DNA of 64,000 nucleotides, from the NCBI GenBank assembly GCA_934169725.1, contig CAKPOF010000002.1:73986-137985 (forward strand). The letters are read 5' to 3'. The notes under the pieces were generated by a model, which saw only the letters and a program-made list of their open reading frames with translations, had not been told where the DNA came from and did not search any database. Below are positions 41,201-50,806 of the stretch, one piece after another. This DNA is from an uncultured Clostridia bacterium (GTDB lineage: Bacteria; Bacillota; Clostridia; TANB77; CAG-508). The translations under genes were made by a program, and so were the position numbers. Every line of letters starts with the position of its first letter. The first letter of the stretch is position 1.

Positions 41201-41834
41201 TGTAAAGGAATTGCGTAATCAAATAAGAGAATTAGGAAGTGTTAATATAGATTCAATTGATGAATATAAAAAATTAAAAGAAAGATATGATTTTATGTGT
41301 GAACAACGAGTTGACTTAGAAACAACCATGGCAAAATTAAGAAAAATTATATCTGAAATGACATCATTGATGAAAGAACAGTTTAAAGAAAAATTTGCAC
41401 AAATAAATAAAAACTTCTCTGAAGTATTTAAAGAACTATTTGGAGGTGGAAATGCTAGTTTAAGATTAGAAGATAAAGACAATATATTAGAATCTGGGAT
41501 AGAGATTACTGTTCAACCACCAGGTAAAAAATTGCAAAATATGATGCTTTTATCAGGAGGAGAAAAAGCATTTACAGCAATTGCATTATTATTTGCAATA
41601 TTAAAAATAAATCCAGCACCATTTTGTGTATTAGATGAAATAGAAGCAGCACTTGATGATGTTAATGTATATAGATATGCGGAATATTTAAAGAAATTTA
41701 CACAAAATACACAATTTTTAGTTATAACACACAGAAAAGGAACAATGGAAGCAGCAGATACTGTTTATGGAATAACAATGGAAGAAAATGGTATATCAAA
41801 ATTGTTATCTATGAAATTAAAAAATAATGAATAA
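38280..41834 (+). CDS. smc: Chromosome partition protein SMC
   Basis: MYLKRLELQGFKSF...GPNGSGKSN Walker A; long coiled coils and hinge; C-terminal LSGGEKA signature and Walker B. Confidence 0.95.
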   Translation: MYLKRLELQGFKSFADKTVLEFMPGITSVIGPNGSGKSNISDAIRWVLGEQSMKSLRGTKSLDIIFAGTQNRKSLGFAEASLIFDNTDGTLPIEYTEVIVTRKLYRSGETGYYINKVPCRLKDILELFMDTGIGKDGYSIIGQGKIDEILSNKSEDRRHIFEEAAGIVKYRVRKGESEKKLEHTKLNLLRINDILAEIETNIEPLKIQSEKAKKYLNVREELKNIEIGLFIYNIDKYKKELEEIAKDEEIYSNQCNDEEGRLERCRALKEELKNEIDNITEKIENMTNLGFESEKEIEMLNSDINVSKTRIDNNKENKLRFKEEIKELEDRIEELKEERKQKEQKKENLKINKEKFVKDLEQKEKELLELTRKLSDKELEIETHKKKVEQNIDNKYELQTNISEQEINYQNNEKRQMQIKNEIAGNISELDSTRLKKEEISKDFYEVESKRNKILANLGNINEQKEEADKKIKEYETKINMYSGEKRIKESKLKFLIETEKEKEGYIKSVKSLLKECENTKELGKGMHGVLANLIEVPEKYQTAIEMCLGASLQNIVTENENDAKRLIEYLRKNKLGRASFLPISSVKGRKIDKIKGKNNKVLGIASDLIKYGKKYENIVLNLLGRTVIVEDMETAIELAKSNNYTFRIITIEGDVINPSGAISGGSIAKKTVNILGRSREIDKLKKEIKQLEEKNEKLEKEKKDYENSTENVVEEAISYEKELQEIEIYYATGKEKIKAIEDNINRVQNRLSKLKEETKKLEEQKNEAKETKEKLKNEIVAIDEENEKLKKIIEEFAELNKDNQKYIDDLNFDITNLKISVSSFDESESSIQEIQERIDTEIATTEKSIEYKNIQIEKIVQDNINLEKSIEEIKEKINKIKEEVKNSGSKIEELKQKRIQKNEKMIHQEEEINNKFNIIEELKSQLVKIDVRKTKLTDDINEIINKMWEEYELTPNNIVDYKKPENIQLTQKNVKELRNQIRELGSVNIDSIDEYKKLKERYDFMCEQRVDLETTMAKLRKIISEMTSLMKEQFKEKFAQINKNFSEVFKELFGGGNASLRLEDKDNILESGIEITVQPPGKKLQNMMLLSGGEKAFTAIALLFAILKINPAPFCVLDEIEAALDDVNVYRYAEYLKKFTQNTQFLVITHRKGTMEAADTVYGITMEENGISKLLSMKLKNNE

Positions 41835-42095
41835 TTTGCAGAAAAAGATAATGGAAAGAATATTAAAATTCTTATCATTATCTTTTTTGTTATAATGTAT
41901 AAAAATACAATGTGCACAATTTTACGAAAAGTGAAAGAGAAAAGTTAAAATTTATATAAATTATAAAGCTTTTCGATTTGTTTAATTAATGTCCGTAGTT
42001 GTTCTAATAATTTAAAAAATCCAATAAGTATTAATAAAATTCCAGAAAATATAGACCATATATTATCTGGCAATTTATTTAATTTATAAATTTTT

Positions 42096-42659
42096 TTACC
42101 AAAAAAATTTCCGTAAACTCAAAAATAATAATTGAAAATAACTAACAATAAAAGGAAATACAAATGAAAAATTATCTAATATACTAAAACCAATTACAAT
42201 ACAAAAAATGTCAAGAGAAAGGGCTAAGCTTAAGAAAAAAGCCTCTTTAGCATCAATTGTATTAGAATGATCTAAGTCTGAAGAGTTAGGATTTTTAATG
42301 ATTTTTATTGTTATTCCCAAACATTTTATAAAAAGTGAATAAATTTTTTCTGATTCATGTATTTGAATTTTTTTATTAGAGCTTTTTAAGCTTTTTTTAT
42401 CTTTTATTGATTGAAAACACATAAAAATCCCCATAAAAACAAGAATAATGCTTCCTAAATAATTCATAAAAAAATCTGGTAAAAAATATTTTAATAAATT
42501 TCCAAAATATATTGAAATAACAGATACAAAAAAGGTTACAATAAATATTATTAATTTAGCTAAAATTGTTATTTTTGTATTTTTTATTCCATAAGTAAGA
42601 CCTATTCCTAGAGAGTCTATACTACTAGAAATAGCTAAAAATAAGTAATTTAAAACCAC
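42096..42659 (-). CDS. ytaF: Sporulation membrane protein YtaF (DUF204/MntP-like)
   Basis: Two DUF204 repeats (ISSSIDSLGIGLTYG ... LALSLDIFCIVIGFS); 6 TM. Confidence 0.7.
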   Translation of the reverse strand: MVLNYLFLAISSSIDSLGIGLTYGIKNTKITILAKLIIFIVTFFVSVISIYFGNLLKYFLPDFFMNYLGSIILVFMGIFMCFQSIKDKKSLKSSNKKIQIHESEKIYSLFIKCLGITIKIIKNPNSSDLDHSNTIDAKEAFFLSLALSLDIFCIVIGFSILDNFSFVFPFIVSYFQLLFLSLRKFFW

Positions 42660-42797
42660 ATATAGTCCCCTCCTATAATAATATAATATGGGTTACATAA
42701 AAAAATGCTACCAAGAAATAGTCATAAACATAAAAATTATGAATACAATTAAAAAGAAAAAGGACAAGATAATAAAATTACAAAGGAGAGAAAAGAT

Positions 42798-45413
42798 ATG
42801 TGGGAAACTTATAAAAAAGAAGAATTGGAAACAAAATTAAATACCAATTTTCTAAAAGGATTGAAGTTTGAAGAAGCAAAGAAAAGACAAATGAAATATG
42901 GGAAAAATGAATTAGAAAATAAGAAAAAAGAAGTAATATTAATAAAATTTATTAAACAATTTAATGATTTCATGATAATAATTTTAATTATGGCGTCAAT
43001 TGTGTCTGCAGGAATATCGTGGTATCAAGGAGAAAATGATTATATTGATTCAATAATAATAATAGCAATAGTTGTATTAAATGCTGTTATGGGTGTACTG
43101 CAAGAAGAAAAGGCAGAAAAATCAATTGAAAGTTTAAAAAAGATGACACCTCAAATGTCAAATGTTATAAGGGAAGGCAAAGAAAAACAAATAAATTCAA
43201 ACGAATTAACAATTGGAGATATAGTAATATTAGAATCAGGAAATAGTGTACCAGCAGATTGTAGAATAATAGAAAGCTATAATTTAAAAGTAGAAGAATC
43301 AAGCTTGACAGGAGAAACGATACCAGTAGAAAAAAATGGAAATGGGATATGTAAAAAAGATATGCCATTAGGTGATATTTTTAATATGGTATTTATGGGA
43401 AGTACAATTGTAAATGGACATGCAAAAGTTGTAGTAACAGATATAGGAATGGAAACTAGAGTAGGAAAAATAGCTAATATGATTATTACGAATGAATCAC
43501 CAGAAACGCCTATACAGAAAAAACTTAATCAAGTCGGAAAAATTTTAGGAGTAGTATGTTTGATAATTTGTCTAGTAATATTTGTTATAGGTATCGTAAA
43601 AAAAATACCACCAATGGAAATGTTTATGACATCTGTTGGGCTAGCAGTTGCAGCTATACCAGAAGGATTACCAGCAATTGTAACAATAATGTTATCAATT
43701 GGAGTTACTAAAATGTCCAAAAGAAATAGTATAATGAGAAAACTACCAGCTGTAGAAACGTTAGGAAGTAGTAATGTAATATGTTCAGATAAAACCGGAA
43801 CTTTAACTCAAAATAAAATGAAGGTTGTAGAAATAAAATCTGAAAATGTAGAATTAGCAATGGAATTAGCTACAATGTGTACTGATAGTAAGATAGAAAT
43901 AAATAATGGGAAAGTGGATATTATAGGTGAACCTACAGAAAATGCTTTAGTTGAAGTTGCATATAAAAACAAAAAGGATAAAATTAAACTATGTGAAGTA
44001 ATGCCAAGAGTTTATGAAATTCCATTTGATTCTAGCAGAAAAATGATGACAACAATACACAAATTGCCAAACGGAAAATACAGAGTTATAACCAAAGGAG
44101 CACCAGATGTTTTATTAAATAGATGTATAGGAATTTCTAAAGAAAAAATCTTAAAAGAGAATGAAAAAATGGCAAACAAAGCATTAAGAGTTATAGCAAT
44201 AGCATATAAAGAAATAGAAATAATACCAAAAGATGTAAAGATTGAAAATATTGAAAATAATTTAAAATTTGTAGGATTAATAGGAATGATTGATCCACCA
44301 AGAGAAGGAGTAAAAGAAGCTGTAGAAACTTGTAAAAAAGCAGGAATAAAAACAGTGATGATAACGGGAGATCATATTGCAACAGCAAAGGCAATAGCTG
44401 AAAAAATAGGAATATTAACAAATGGATATAATGCAATAACAGGTAAAGAATTGGATAAAATGAATCAAGATACATTAGACAAACAAATAGAACAATATAG
44501 AGTATTTGCAAGGGTAACTCCAGAACATAAAGTAAGAATAGTAAAGGCTTGGCAGAGAAAAGGTGCTGTTGTAGCCATGACTGGTGATGGGGTAAATGAT
44601 AGTCCAGCACTAAAAAGTGCAGATATAGGAATTGCTATGGGAAAAGGAGGAACAGATGTAGCTAAAAATGCATCAGATATGATTTTGGTAGACGATAATT
44701 TTGTAACAATTGTAGAAGCTGTAAAACAGGGAAGAAATATATATGATAATATTCGAAAAGCTATACATTTCCTAATTGCAACAAATATAGGAGAAATTGT
44801 AACAATTTTTGTTGGATTAGTATTAGGATTAAAATCACCTTTACTCGCAATTCAATTATTATGGATAAATTTAGTTACAGATTCTTTGCCAGCAATAGCA
44901 ATAGGTTTAGAACCACCTGAAAAAGATATAATGGAAAGGAAACCAATAGATTCTAAAAAAGGAATATTTGCAGATGGATTATGGAGCAAAATTATATTAG
45001 AAGGAATAATGTTAGGAATGCTTACATTAATAGCATTTAGCATAGGAAACAAATATTATGGATTAGAAGTTGCAAGAACTATGGCATTTATAAGTATGGG
45101 AGTATTAGAACTTGTACACTGTTTTAATATAAAAAGTGAAAAATCAATATTAAAAATAGGAATATTGGAAAATAAATATTTGATAGGAAGTTTTATAATA
45201 GGAATTTTAGTACAAGGAATAGTTGTAATAATACCATCACTTGCTGAGATATTTAATTTAGTAAATTTAAATCGAAACCAATGGTTAATAACATTAGGAA
45301 TTTCACTTTTACCAATACCTATTATAGAAGTTCAAAAAAAGATAAATAATAAAACAAGAAAAAATGAAAAGAAAGTATATATTAATAAACAACTATATAA
45401 ATCATCTGTTTAG
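42798..45413 (+). CDS. P-type Ca2+-transporting ATPase (type IIA/PMR1-like)
   Basis: CSDKTGTLTQNKM phosphorylation site, TGDHIATAKAIA, MTGDGVNDSPALKSADIGIAMG. Confidence 0.95.
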   Translation: MWETYKKEELETKLNTNFLKGLKFEEAKKRQMKYGKNELENKKKEVILIKFIKQFNDFMIIILIMASIVSAGISWYQGENDYIDSIIIIAIVVLNAVMGVLQEEKAEKSIESLKKMTPQMSNVIREGKEKQINSNELTIGDIVILESGNSVPADCRIIESYNLKVEESSLTGETIPVEKNGNGICKKDMPLGDIFNMVFMGSTIVNGHAKVVVTDIGMETRVGKIANMIITNESPETPIQKKLNQVGKILGVVCLIICLVIFVIGIVKKIPPMEMFMTSVGLAVAAIPEGLPAIVTIMLSIGVTKMSKRNSIMRKLPAVETLGSSNVICSDKTGTLTQNKMKVVEIKSENVELAMELATMCTDSKIEINNGKVDIIGEPTENALVEVAYKNKKDKIKLCEVMPRVYEIPFDSSRKMMTTIHKLPNGKYRVITKGAPDVLLNRCIGISKEKILKENEKMANKALRVIAIAYKEIEIIPKDVKIENIENNLKFVGLIGMIDPPREGVKEAVETCKKAGIKTVMITGDHIATAKAIAEKIGILTNGYNAITGKELDKMNQDTLDKQIEQYRVFARVTPEHKVRIVKAWQRKGAVVAMTGDGVNDSPALKSADIGIAMGKGGTDVAKNASDMILVDDNFVTIVEAVKQGRNIYDNIRKAIHFLIATNIGEIVTIFVGLVLGLKSPLLAIQLLWINLVTDSLPAIAIGLEPPEKDIMERKPIDSKKGIFADGLWSKIILEGIMLGMLTLIAFSIGNKYYGLEVARTMAFISMGVLELVHCFNIKSEKSILKIGILENKYLIGSFIIGILVQGIVVIIPSLAEIFNLVNLNRNQWLITLGISLLPIPIIEVQKKINNKTRKNEKKVYINKQLYKSSV

Positions 45414-45457
45414 AAATTTATGTTACAATTCATAGTTTATAAAATAGATTATTTTTA

Positions 45458-45516
45458 AATTTGATAATATAATATATTGTTTTTTTATACCTTGGTGTCG
45501 CAAACCCATATTAAAA
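45458..45516 (+). repeat. Truncated repeat element (left TIR plus start of core), copy 5
   Basis: aaatttgataatataatatattgtttttttataccttggtgtcgcaaacccatattaaaaat; the left TIR is about 85% identical to that of copy 7. Confidence 0.65.
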
Positions 45517-45599
45517 ATAAATTTTATAAAAAATATGGTAAAAAATAAAAAATTATGATAGGATATTAATGAAAAAAATAAAGATTTAATGGTGATAAA

Positions 45600-47489
45600 A
45601 TGGCAGTGATTTTATTTTTAATATTAATTATAAATTTTAGTTTTTTTATAAATATAAAATTAAATTTTAAACAAGAAGAAGCTATTGTTATAGCTTTTTT
45701 TGGAATGTTAATTGGCATATATTTTTTAGGTATATTTGAAAAATTATCAATAATGATGTATGTATTTGGATTTTTACTTGTGTCAAGCGTGATTTATAAT
45801 ATATATAGTATAAAAATTAAAAAAGTTGATCTAAAAAAAATGATAACAATGCCATCATTAATATATTATGCGTTAATAATTGGAACATATATATTTTTTG
45901 GTAAATGTAATTTTTGTCATTATGATGAATTTATGTTTTGGGGAACTAATGTAAAATTTATGTTTTCTGAAAATGTATTATGGGCTAATAAAGCAATAGA
46001 TGCGGTACATCAAGTTTATCCTCCAATTACTGGAATAGTAGAATATTTATTTTGCAAATTAAATAATAATTATAGTGAAGGAATGTGTTATGTTGGTATA
46101 ATAAGTTTTCTATTTACTCCAACAATATTATTATTTAAAGGATATAAATGTAATATTCAAAATATTATAAAAGTAATTGTAACATATTTATTTATATACA
46201 TATCAATTAATTTTTTTGAATTTAATATTGCAAATTTAAGTGTTGATTGTACATTGGGAATATTGTTTTCTATTTTGGTTTATTATTCATATGTTTTAGA
46301 TTATAAAAATAAAAAACAAATATTTATAATGTCAATATTATGTATAATAATGACTTTAACAAAAACAAATGGTTTATTATTTGTTGCTATACCTATTGGA
46401 TTTTTAGTTATTGAAAAAATAGTAGAACTAATAAAAAACAAAGAAAAAAATACCAAAAGATTTTTAAGACAATTTTTACCAATAATTATTTTTATATTTG
46501 TATCTATATTTAGCTATTTAACATGGACAATATATTATAAAGTAAATGGAAAAGAAATAGATGATAGACACGATAAAAATTTTGCGTCTGAATTCAAACT
46601 ATCTGAATTTGTAAATACTATTACAGGAAAATATAAAAATGTTGAACCTAAAGATATAATAGTATTTAATAATTTTAAAAGTGCATTAAAAAATCAAAAA
46701 ATTGGAAACACAAAAAATATATATTGGTGCATATTAGGAATTAATTTAATTGGAATTTTTACAATAGTATTAAAAAAGAAGAAATTAAAAAATATACTTT
46801 GGCTAATTGGATTAAATATGGGTAATTTTATATATTTGATGTCTGTTCTTTATATATTTATGTTTGTATTTGTACAATATCAAGGAATTACTCTTATGGG
46901 ATTTGAAAGATACATAAATACATATTTATTAGGTTTTTTATTAAGTGTTGTATTTATTATGTTAGAGGAAAAAAATACAATACCTATTATATTAACCATT
47001 TGTTTAGGTGTTATAATGAGTATTAAATTAAATTGGCAACAATATTATTTTAATAATATTGAAATACAATCTAATATAAACTCGGAAAATATAATTAGGA
47101 AAGTAAAAGAAAATGAAAGAGTTTATATAATTGATAATAGTAAAGATTATGGAGCAGAATTTAATAAAATTAGATATTTAATAGCACCTAGAAAAACCAA
47201 TTTACTATATGAATGGAATATAACAACACAGTCTCCATCAGTATATTATCAAAAAAATATAAGTAAAGAAGAACTGATGGATGAATTAATAGATAATTAT
47301 GATTATGTATATGTTATAAATGTGACAAATCAATTTTTGGCAGAATATAGAGGTATATTTACTGAAGATGGAATAGAAATGTTAAAAAATAATATATTAG
47401 AAGATGATGCACCAGAATATACTAGTAAAGGTGTAGGATATTTGTTTAAAATAAAAAAAGAGGAAAAAATATTAGAACGAGTAAAGTAG
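45600..47489 (+). CDS. Polytopic membrane protein, possible GT-C-fold glycosyltransferase (about 12 TM plus a C-terminal soluble domain)
   Basis: Topology only; immediately upstream of a DPM1-like GT2. Confidence 0.5.
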   Translation: MAVILFLILIINFSFFINIKLNFKQEEAIVIAFFGMLIGIYFLGIFEKLSIMMYVFGFLLVSSVIYNIYSIKIKKVDLKKMITMPSLIYYALIIGTYIFFGKCNFCHYDEFMFWGTNVKFMFSENVLWANKAIDAVHQVYPPITGIVEYLFCKLNNNYSEGMCYVGIISFLFTPTILLFKGYKCNIQNIIKVIVTYLFIYISINFFEFNIANLSVDCTLGILFSILVYYSYVLDYKNKKQIFIMSILCIIMTLTKTNGLLFVAIPIGFLVIEKIVELIKNKEKNTKRFLRQFLPIIIFIFVSIFSYLTWTIYYKVNGKEIDDRHDKNFASEFKLSEFVNTITGKYKNVEPKDIIVFNNFKSALKNQKIGNTKNIYWCILGINLIGIFTIVLKKKKLKNILWLIGLNMGNFIYLMSVLYIFMFVFVQYQGITLMGFERYINTYLLGFLLSVVFIMLEEKNTIPIILTICLGVIMSIKLNWQQYYFNNIEIQSNINSENIIRKVKENERVYIIDNSKDYGAEFNKIRYLIAPRKTNLLYEWNITTQSPSVYYQKNISKEELMDELIDNYDYVYVINVTNQFLAEYRGIFTEDGIEMLKNNILEDDAPEYTSKGVGYLFKIKKEEKILERVK

Positions 47490-47497
47490 GGGGAAAA

Positions 47498-48175
47498 TTG
47501 GGAAAAGATTTAACAATATTAATACCAGCATTAAATGAAGAAAAAACAATAGAAATTGTAATAAAGAAAGCAAAAGAATATATAAAATCAAAAAAAATAA
47601 ATGGAGAAATTTTAATTGCTAATAATGGAAGTATAGATAAAACAAAAGAACTAGCTATGAAACTAGGAGCAAGAGTGGTAGATATAGAAACTAAAGGATA
47701 TGGAATAGCAATTATAGAAGGAATAAAAAATGCTAAGGGAAATTATATTATAATAGGAGATGCAGATGATAGTTATAATTTTTTAGAATTGGATGATTTT
47801 GTACAAGCATTTAATGAAGGATATGATATTGTAATAGGAAATAGATATGGAAAAGTGATGGAAAAAGGTTCTATGAAAATATCGCATAAATATATAGGAA
47901 CACCGATATTAGGATGGCTAATTAGAAAAAAATATAAAAAGACAATACATGATATAAATTGTGGATTAAGAGGTGGAAAAAAGGAAAAACTTATAAATTT
48001 GGATTGCAATTGTGATGGGATGGAATTTGCTAGTGAAATGATGATAAAAGCAATAAAGAAAAATATGAAAATAAAAGAAGTACCAATAAATTTTTATAAA
48101 GATAAGAGAGAAGGAAAATCGCATCTTAATGCTATTAGAGATGGAATAAAACATTTAAAAGTTATTTTATTTTAG
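47498..48175 (+). CDS. Family 2 glycosyltransferase (dolichyl/undecaprenyl-phosphate sugar synthase-like); TTG start
   Basis: LTILIPALNEEKTI...IIGDADDSY (DxD) ... GNRY. Confidence 0.8.
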   Translation: MGKDLTILIPALNEEKTIEIVIKKAKEYIKSKKINGEILIANNGSIDKTKELAMKLGARVVDIETKGYGIAIIEGIKNAKGNYIIIGDADDSYNFLELDDFVQAFNEGYDIVIGNRYGKVMEKGSMKISHKYIGTPILGWLIRKKYKKTIHDINCGLRGGKKEKLINLDCNCDGMEFASEMMIKAIKKNMKIKEVPINFYKDKREGKSHLNAIRDGIKHLKVILF

Positions 48176-48301
48176 TAATATTGGCTTGCATTAGATAAAA
48201 ATATATGATAAAATAGTTATGCTTTAAAGATAGTATAACTATTTTTAAATCTCTACTTGCAAAAAAATGCAGGTTATAAATCCATAGGGAGGTGAAAGAT
48301 A

Positions 48302-48589
48302 ATGAACAAATACGAAAGTATTATCATTGTTAGTCCAAATGTTGATGAAGCAGGTTTAAAAGCTGTAGAAGAAAAATTCACAGGATTAATTAATGAACAT
48401 GGAAAAGTAGAAACAGTTGAAAACATGGGAAAAAGAAAATTAGCATACGATATAAAGAAATTTAAAGAAGCTACATATGTTTTATTCAACTTTGAAGCTG
48501 AACCAGAATTAATAACAGAACTTGAAAGAGTATACAGAATTACAGATGACATTATAAAATTTATCACAGTAAGAAAAGAAGAAAAATAA
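48302..48589 (+). CDS. rpsF: 30S ribosomal protein S6
   Basis: MNKYESIIIVSPNVDEAGLKAVEEKF... Confidence 0.9.
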   Translation: MNKYESIIIVSPNVDEAGLKAVEEKFTGLINEHGKVETVENMGKRKLAYDIKKFKEATYVLFNFEAEPELITELERVYRITDDIIKFITVRKEEK

Positions 48590-48645
48590 GATGAAAATTA
48601 AATAAAGATGGGGCCTTTATTTAGAGTAAAGAAAGGTGAGTTACA

Positions 48646-49074
48646 ATGAACAAAGTAATTTTAATGGGAAGATTAACAAGAGATCCAGAAACAAGATATA
48701 CACAAACAAATAATACATTAGTATCTTCATTTAGTCTAGCAGTAAATAGAAGATTTGTAAGACAAGGAGAAGAAAGACAAGCGGATTTTATAAATATTGT
48801 TGCTTGGAGTAAATTAGGAGAATTTTGTAGTAAATACTTTAAGAAAGGTCAACAAGTAGGTATAATAGGAAGAATTCAAACTAGAACTTGGGATGATGAC
48901 CAAGGACAAAAACACTATGTTACAGAAGTAGTAGCAGAAGAAGCGTATTTTGCAGATAGTAAAAGAGAAGGAGATACATCAAATTCATCTTTTGAAAATA
49001 CTTTCGGAAATACAGCTCCTGGAAATATGGGATCAGATTTTGAAATGTCTTCAAGTGATGACCTACCATTCTAA
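48646..49074 (+). CDS. ssb: Single-stranded DNA-binding protein
   Basis: OB fold MNKVILMGRLTRDPETRYT...; acidic C-terminal tail DDLPF. Confidence 0.9.
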   Translation: MNKVILMGRLTRDPETRYTQTNNTLVSSFSLAVNRRFVRQGEERQADFINIVAWSKLGEFCSKYFKKGQQVGIIGRIQTRTWDDDQGQKHYVTEVVAEEAYFADSKREGDTSNSSFENTFGNTAPGNMGSDFEMSSSDDLPF

Positions 49075-49098
49075 TTAGTTAGGGGGGAAAATTGAGAA

Positions 49099-49374
49099 AT
49101 GGCAGATAAAAAACAAAATAAAAGAAATAGAAATTATGATGATGATTATAATCCAAGATTTAGAAAACAAAGAAAAAAAGTTTGTTTATTATGTAGTGAT
49201 AAAAACTTTGAATTAGATTACAAAAATCCAGAACAATTAAAGAAATTTGTTAGTGATAAAGGTAAAATATTACCAAGAAGAACAACTGGAATGTGTGCTA
49301 AACATCAAAGAGATATTACATTAGCAGTAAAAAGAGCAAGACATATAGCTTTATTACCATATGCACAAAAATAA
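49099..49374 (+). CDS. rpsR: 30S ribosomal protein S18
   Basis: ...[32 protein letters not shown]. Confidence 0.9.
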   Translation: MADKKQNKRNRNYDDDYNPRFRKQRKKVCLLCSDKNFELDYKNPEQLKKFVSDKGKILPRRTTGMCAKHQRDITLAVKRARHIALLPYAQK

Positions 49375-49533
49375 TTTATAAAAAGACTAAAGTAATTGAT
49401 AAATCAGTTATTTTAGTCTTTTAAAATATGATTTTTATATACTAGGAAATTTTTCTTATTTGTTCGAATTGAAAAAGAGCGTAAAAAATGATAACATAGA
49501 TGTACAAATTATAATAAAATAGGTGGTTAAAGT

Positions 49534-50769
49534 ATGGATAAAGATTTATTAGAATTAGTTGAAAAATCTGAAAAAAAGATAACTAATCAATTTAAAAAAA
49601 TAGAAGAAATAAAAAGTAAAAATAGTATAAAAGTAATACATGCTTTTCAAGAGTGTAATTTACAAGAAATGCATTTAGCAACATCAACTGGATATGGAAT
49701 TGATGAAATAGGAAGAAATAAAATTGAGGAAATATATGCAAAAATATTTAAAGCAGAGGACAGTTTAGTTAGAGCACAATTTATTTCAGGAACACATGCA
49801 TTAGCAATAACTTTATCGGCATTGTTACGTCCAAATGATAAAATGATAAGTATAACAGGAGCACCATATGATACATTACAAACAGTTATAGGAATAGGAA
49901 AAGAATCAAGTCCAAGTTCTTTAAAATCATATGGAATAGAATATGAACAAATAGAATTAAAAAATAATGAGTTTGATATAGAAAAGATAAAAGAAAGACT
50001 ATCTAAAAAAGATATAAAATTAGTTGAGATACAAAGATCAAGAGGGTATTCTACTAGAAAAAGTTTAACAATAGAAAAAATAGAAGATGCAATAAAGGCA
50101 ATAAGAGAAGTAAATAAAGATGTAATAATAATGGTTGATAATTGCTATGGTGAATTTGTTCAAGATAGAGAACCTATAGAAGTAGGAGCAGATATTGCAG
50201 TTGGATCTTTAATGAAAAATTTGGGAGCTGGAATAGCAACAAGTGGAGCATATATTGTTGGGAAAAAAGAATTGACAGAATTATGTGCTGAAAGATTAAC
50301 AGCACCAGGAATTGGAAAAGAAATAGGTCCATCATTAAATCAAAATACGAATTTATTAAAAGGATTATTTTTTGCGCCTGAAGTAGTTGCAAGTAGTGTA
50401 AAAACAGCAATATTTGCAAGTGCGATATTAGAAGAGCTTGGATATGATGTAGAACCTAAATATAATGAAGAAAGAGCTGATATAGTTCAAACAATACATT
50501 TAGGAACAAAAGAAAAACTTATAAAATTTTGTCAGGGAATACAAAAAGGTTCACCAATAGATTCTCAAGTAATACCAGAACCAAGTCCTATGGGAGGATA
50601 TGAAGATGAGGTTATAATGGCAGCAGGGACGTTTACAGAAGGATCAACTATAGAACTAAGCTGTGATGGACCAGTAAGAGAACCATATATAGCATATATG
50701 CAAGGTGGATTAACATATGATTATGGGAAATATGGAATACTAAAAGCAATAGAAGAAATGAATAAATAA
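49534..50769 (+). CDS. Methionine gamma-lyase-family PLP protein (YnbB / aluminium-resistance-like)
   Basis: End-to-end similarity to the YnbB family (EMHLATSTGYGIDEIGR...GSLMKNLGAGIA...). Confidence 0.8.
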   Translation: MDKDLLELVEKSEKKITNQFKKIEEIKSKNSIKVIHAFQECNLQEMHLATSTGYGIDEIGRNKIEEIYAKIFKAEDSLVRAQFISGTHALAITLSALLRPNDKMISITGAPYDTLQTVIGIGKESSPSSLKSYGIEYEQIELKNNEFDIEKIKERLSKKDIKLVEIQRSRGYSTRKSLTIEKIEDAIKAIREVNKDVIIMVDNCYGEFVQDREPIEVGADIAVGSLMKNLGAGIATSGAYIVGKKELTELCAERLTAPGIGKEIGPSLNQNTNLLKGLFFAPEVVASSVKTAIFASAILEELGYDVEPKYNEERADIVQTIHLGTKEKLIKFCQGIQKGSPIDSQVIPEPSPMGGYEDEVIMAAGTFTEGSTIELSCDGPVREPYIAYMQGGLTYDYGKYGILKAIEEMNK

Positions 50770-50806
50770 TAAAATAATTGTAAAGAAATTTCAAAGGAGG
50801 ATATAA

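Noticed and set aside
42660-42797. Possible yybP-ykoY (Mn) riboswitch upstream of ytaF (a DUF204/MntP-like gene)
   Set aside because: Only a CTTGTC-like fragment is present, with no AAGGGGAGUAG-type conserved stretch. The 138-bp gap is shared with the Ca-ATPase promoter and is too short or poor to fit the motif.
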